The translations under genes and the position numbers were made by a program. A DNA stretch of 62,945 nt, filler included, from Octopus bimaculoides (taxonomy: Eukaryota): NCBI RefSeq assembly GCF_001194135.2. It is 5 parts of 5 records of this genome, joined end to end, with 100 filler letters (N's around TTAATTAATTAA, not from the genome) between each part and the next. Parts side by side here need not be neighbours in the genome. Positions count along the whole stretch, not along the records: positions 60,644 to 62,945 come from NW_026310654.1; 4 more parts are not named here. One strand, 5' to 3'. The first letter of the stretch is position 1, and each line of letters opens with the position of its first letter. Below, one piece after another: positions 62,905 through 62,945 of the stretch. Below the pieces are notes generated by a model. That model did no database searches, was not told the DNA's origin, and saw only the letters and a program-made list of their open reading frames with translations.

Positions 62905-62945
<41 letters not shown>

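Noticed and set aside
2433-62945. Long ORFs in the track made of X runs or HTHT/YIYI/CVCV/IIII/SIYL repeats
   Set aside because: They are translations of N gaps and di-, tri- and tetranucleotide microsatellites.

Overview
Eukaryotic, AT-rich, repeat-dense animal DNA. It is most likely a coleoid cephalopod (Octopus), inferred from the SINE families and the extreme microsatellite load. The window holds many N gaps and four artificial 100-bp joins (44 N + TTAATTAATTAA + 44 N) that split it into five blocks (1-25449, 25550-42343, 42444-52664, 52765-60543, 60644-62945), so adjacency across these joins is uncertain. Only one protein-coding gene is recognisable: CCDC124 (Lso2 homologue, ribosome-associated coiled-coil protein), with 4 coding exons on + at 45163-48575 encoding 210 aa. 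The rest is mostly transposon-derived: tRNA-type SINEs, decayed LINEs (RTE, CR1/L2-like, R4/Dong-like), Penelope-type fragments, several Tc1/mariner remnants, hAT and Helentron-like non-autonomous elements, a decayed 5S rRNA copy, and mini- and microsatellites. Almost all ORFs in the supplied track are microsatellite or gap artefacts. I cannot establish a new multi-gene system. The best leads are RNA-level: a hammerhead-ribozyme-like motif with a shared 3-nt core insertion in two Penelope-type copies; several long fold-back hairpins, one starting just after a CCDC124 splice donor and carrying a cryptic donor; a palindromic two-way poly(A) signal between CCDC124 and a possible convergent spliced transcript whose longest frame is broken by one TAG; and an upstream ATG whose effect depends on which of two acceptors is used. 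All alignments were done by eye; no database searches were run.
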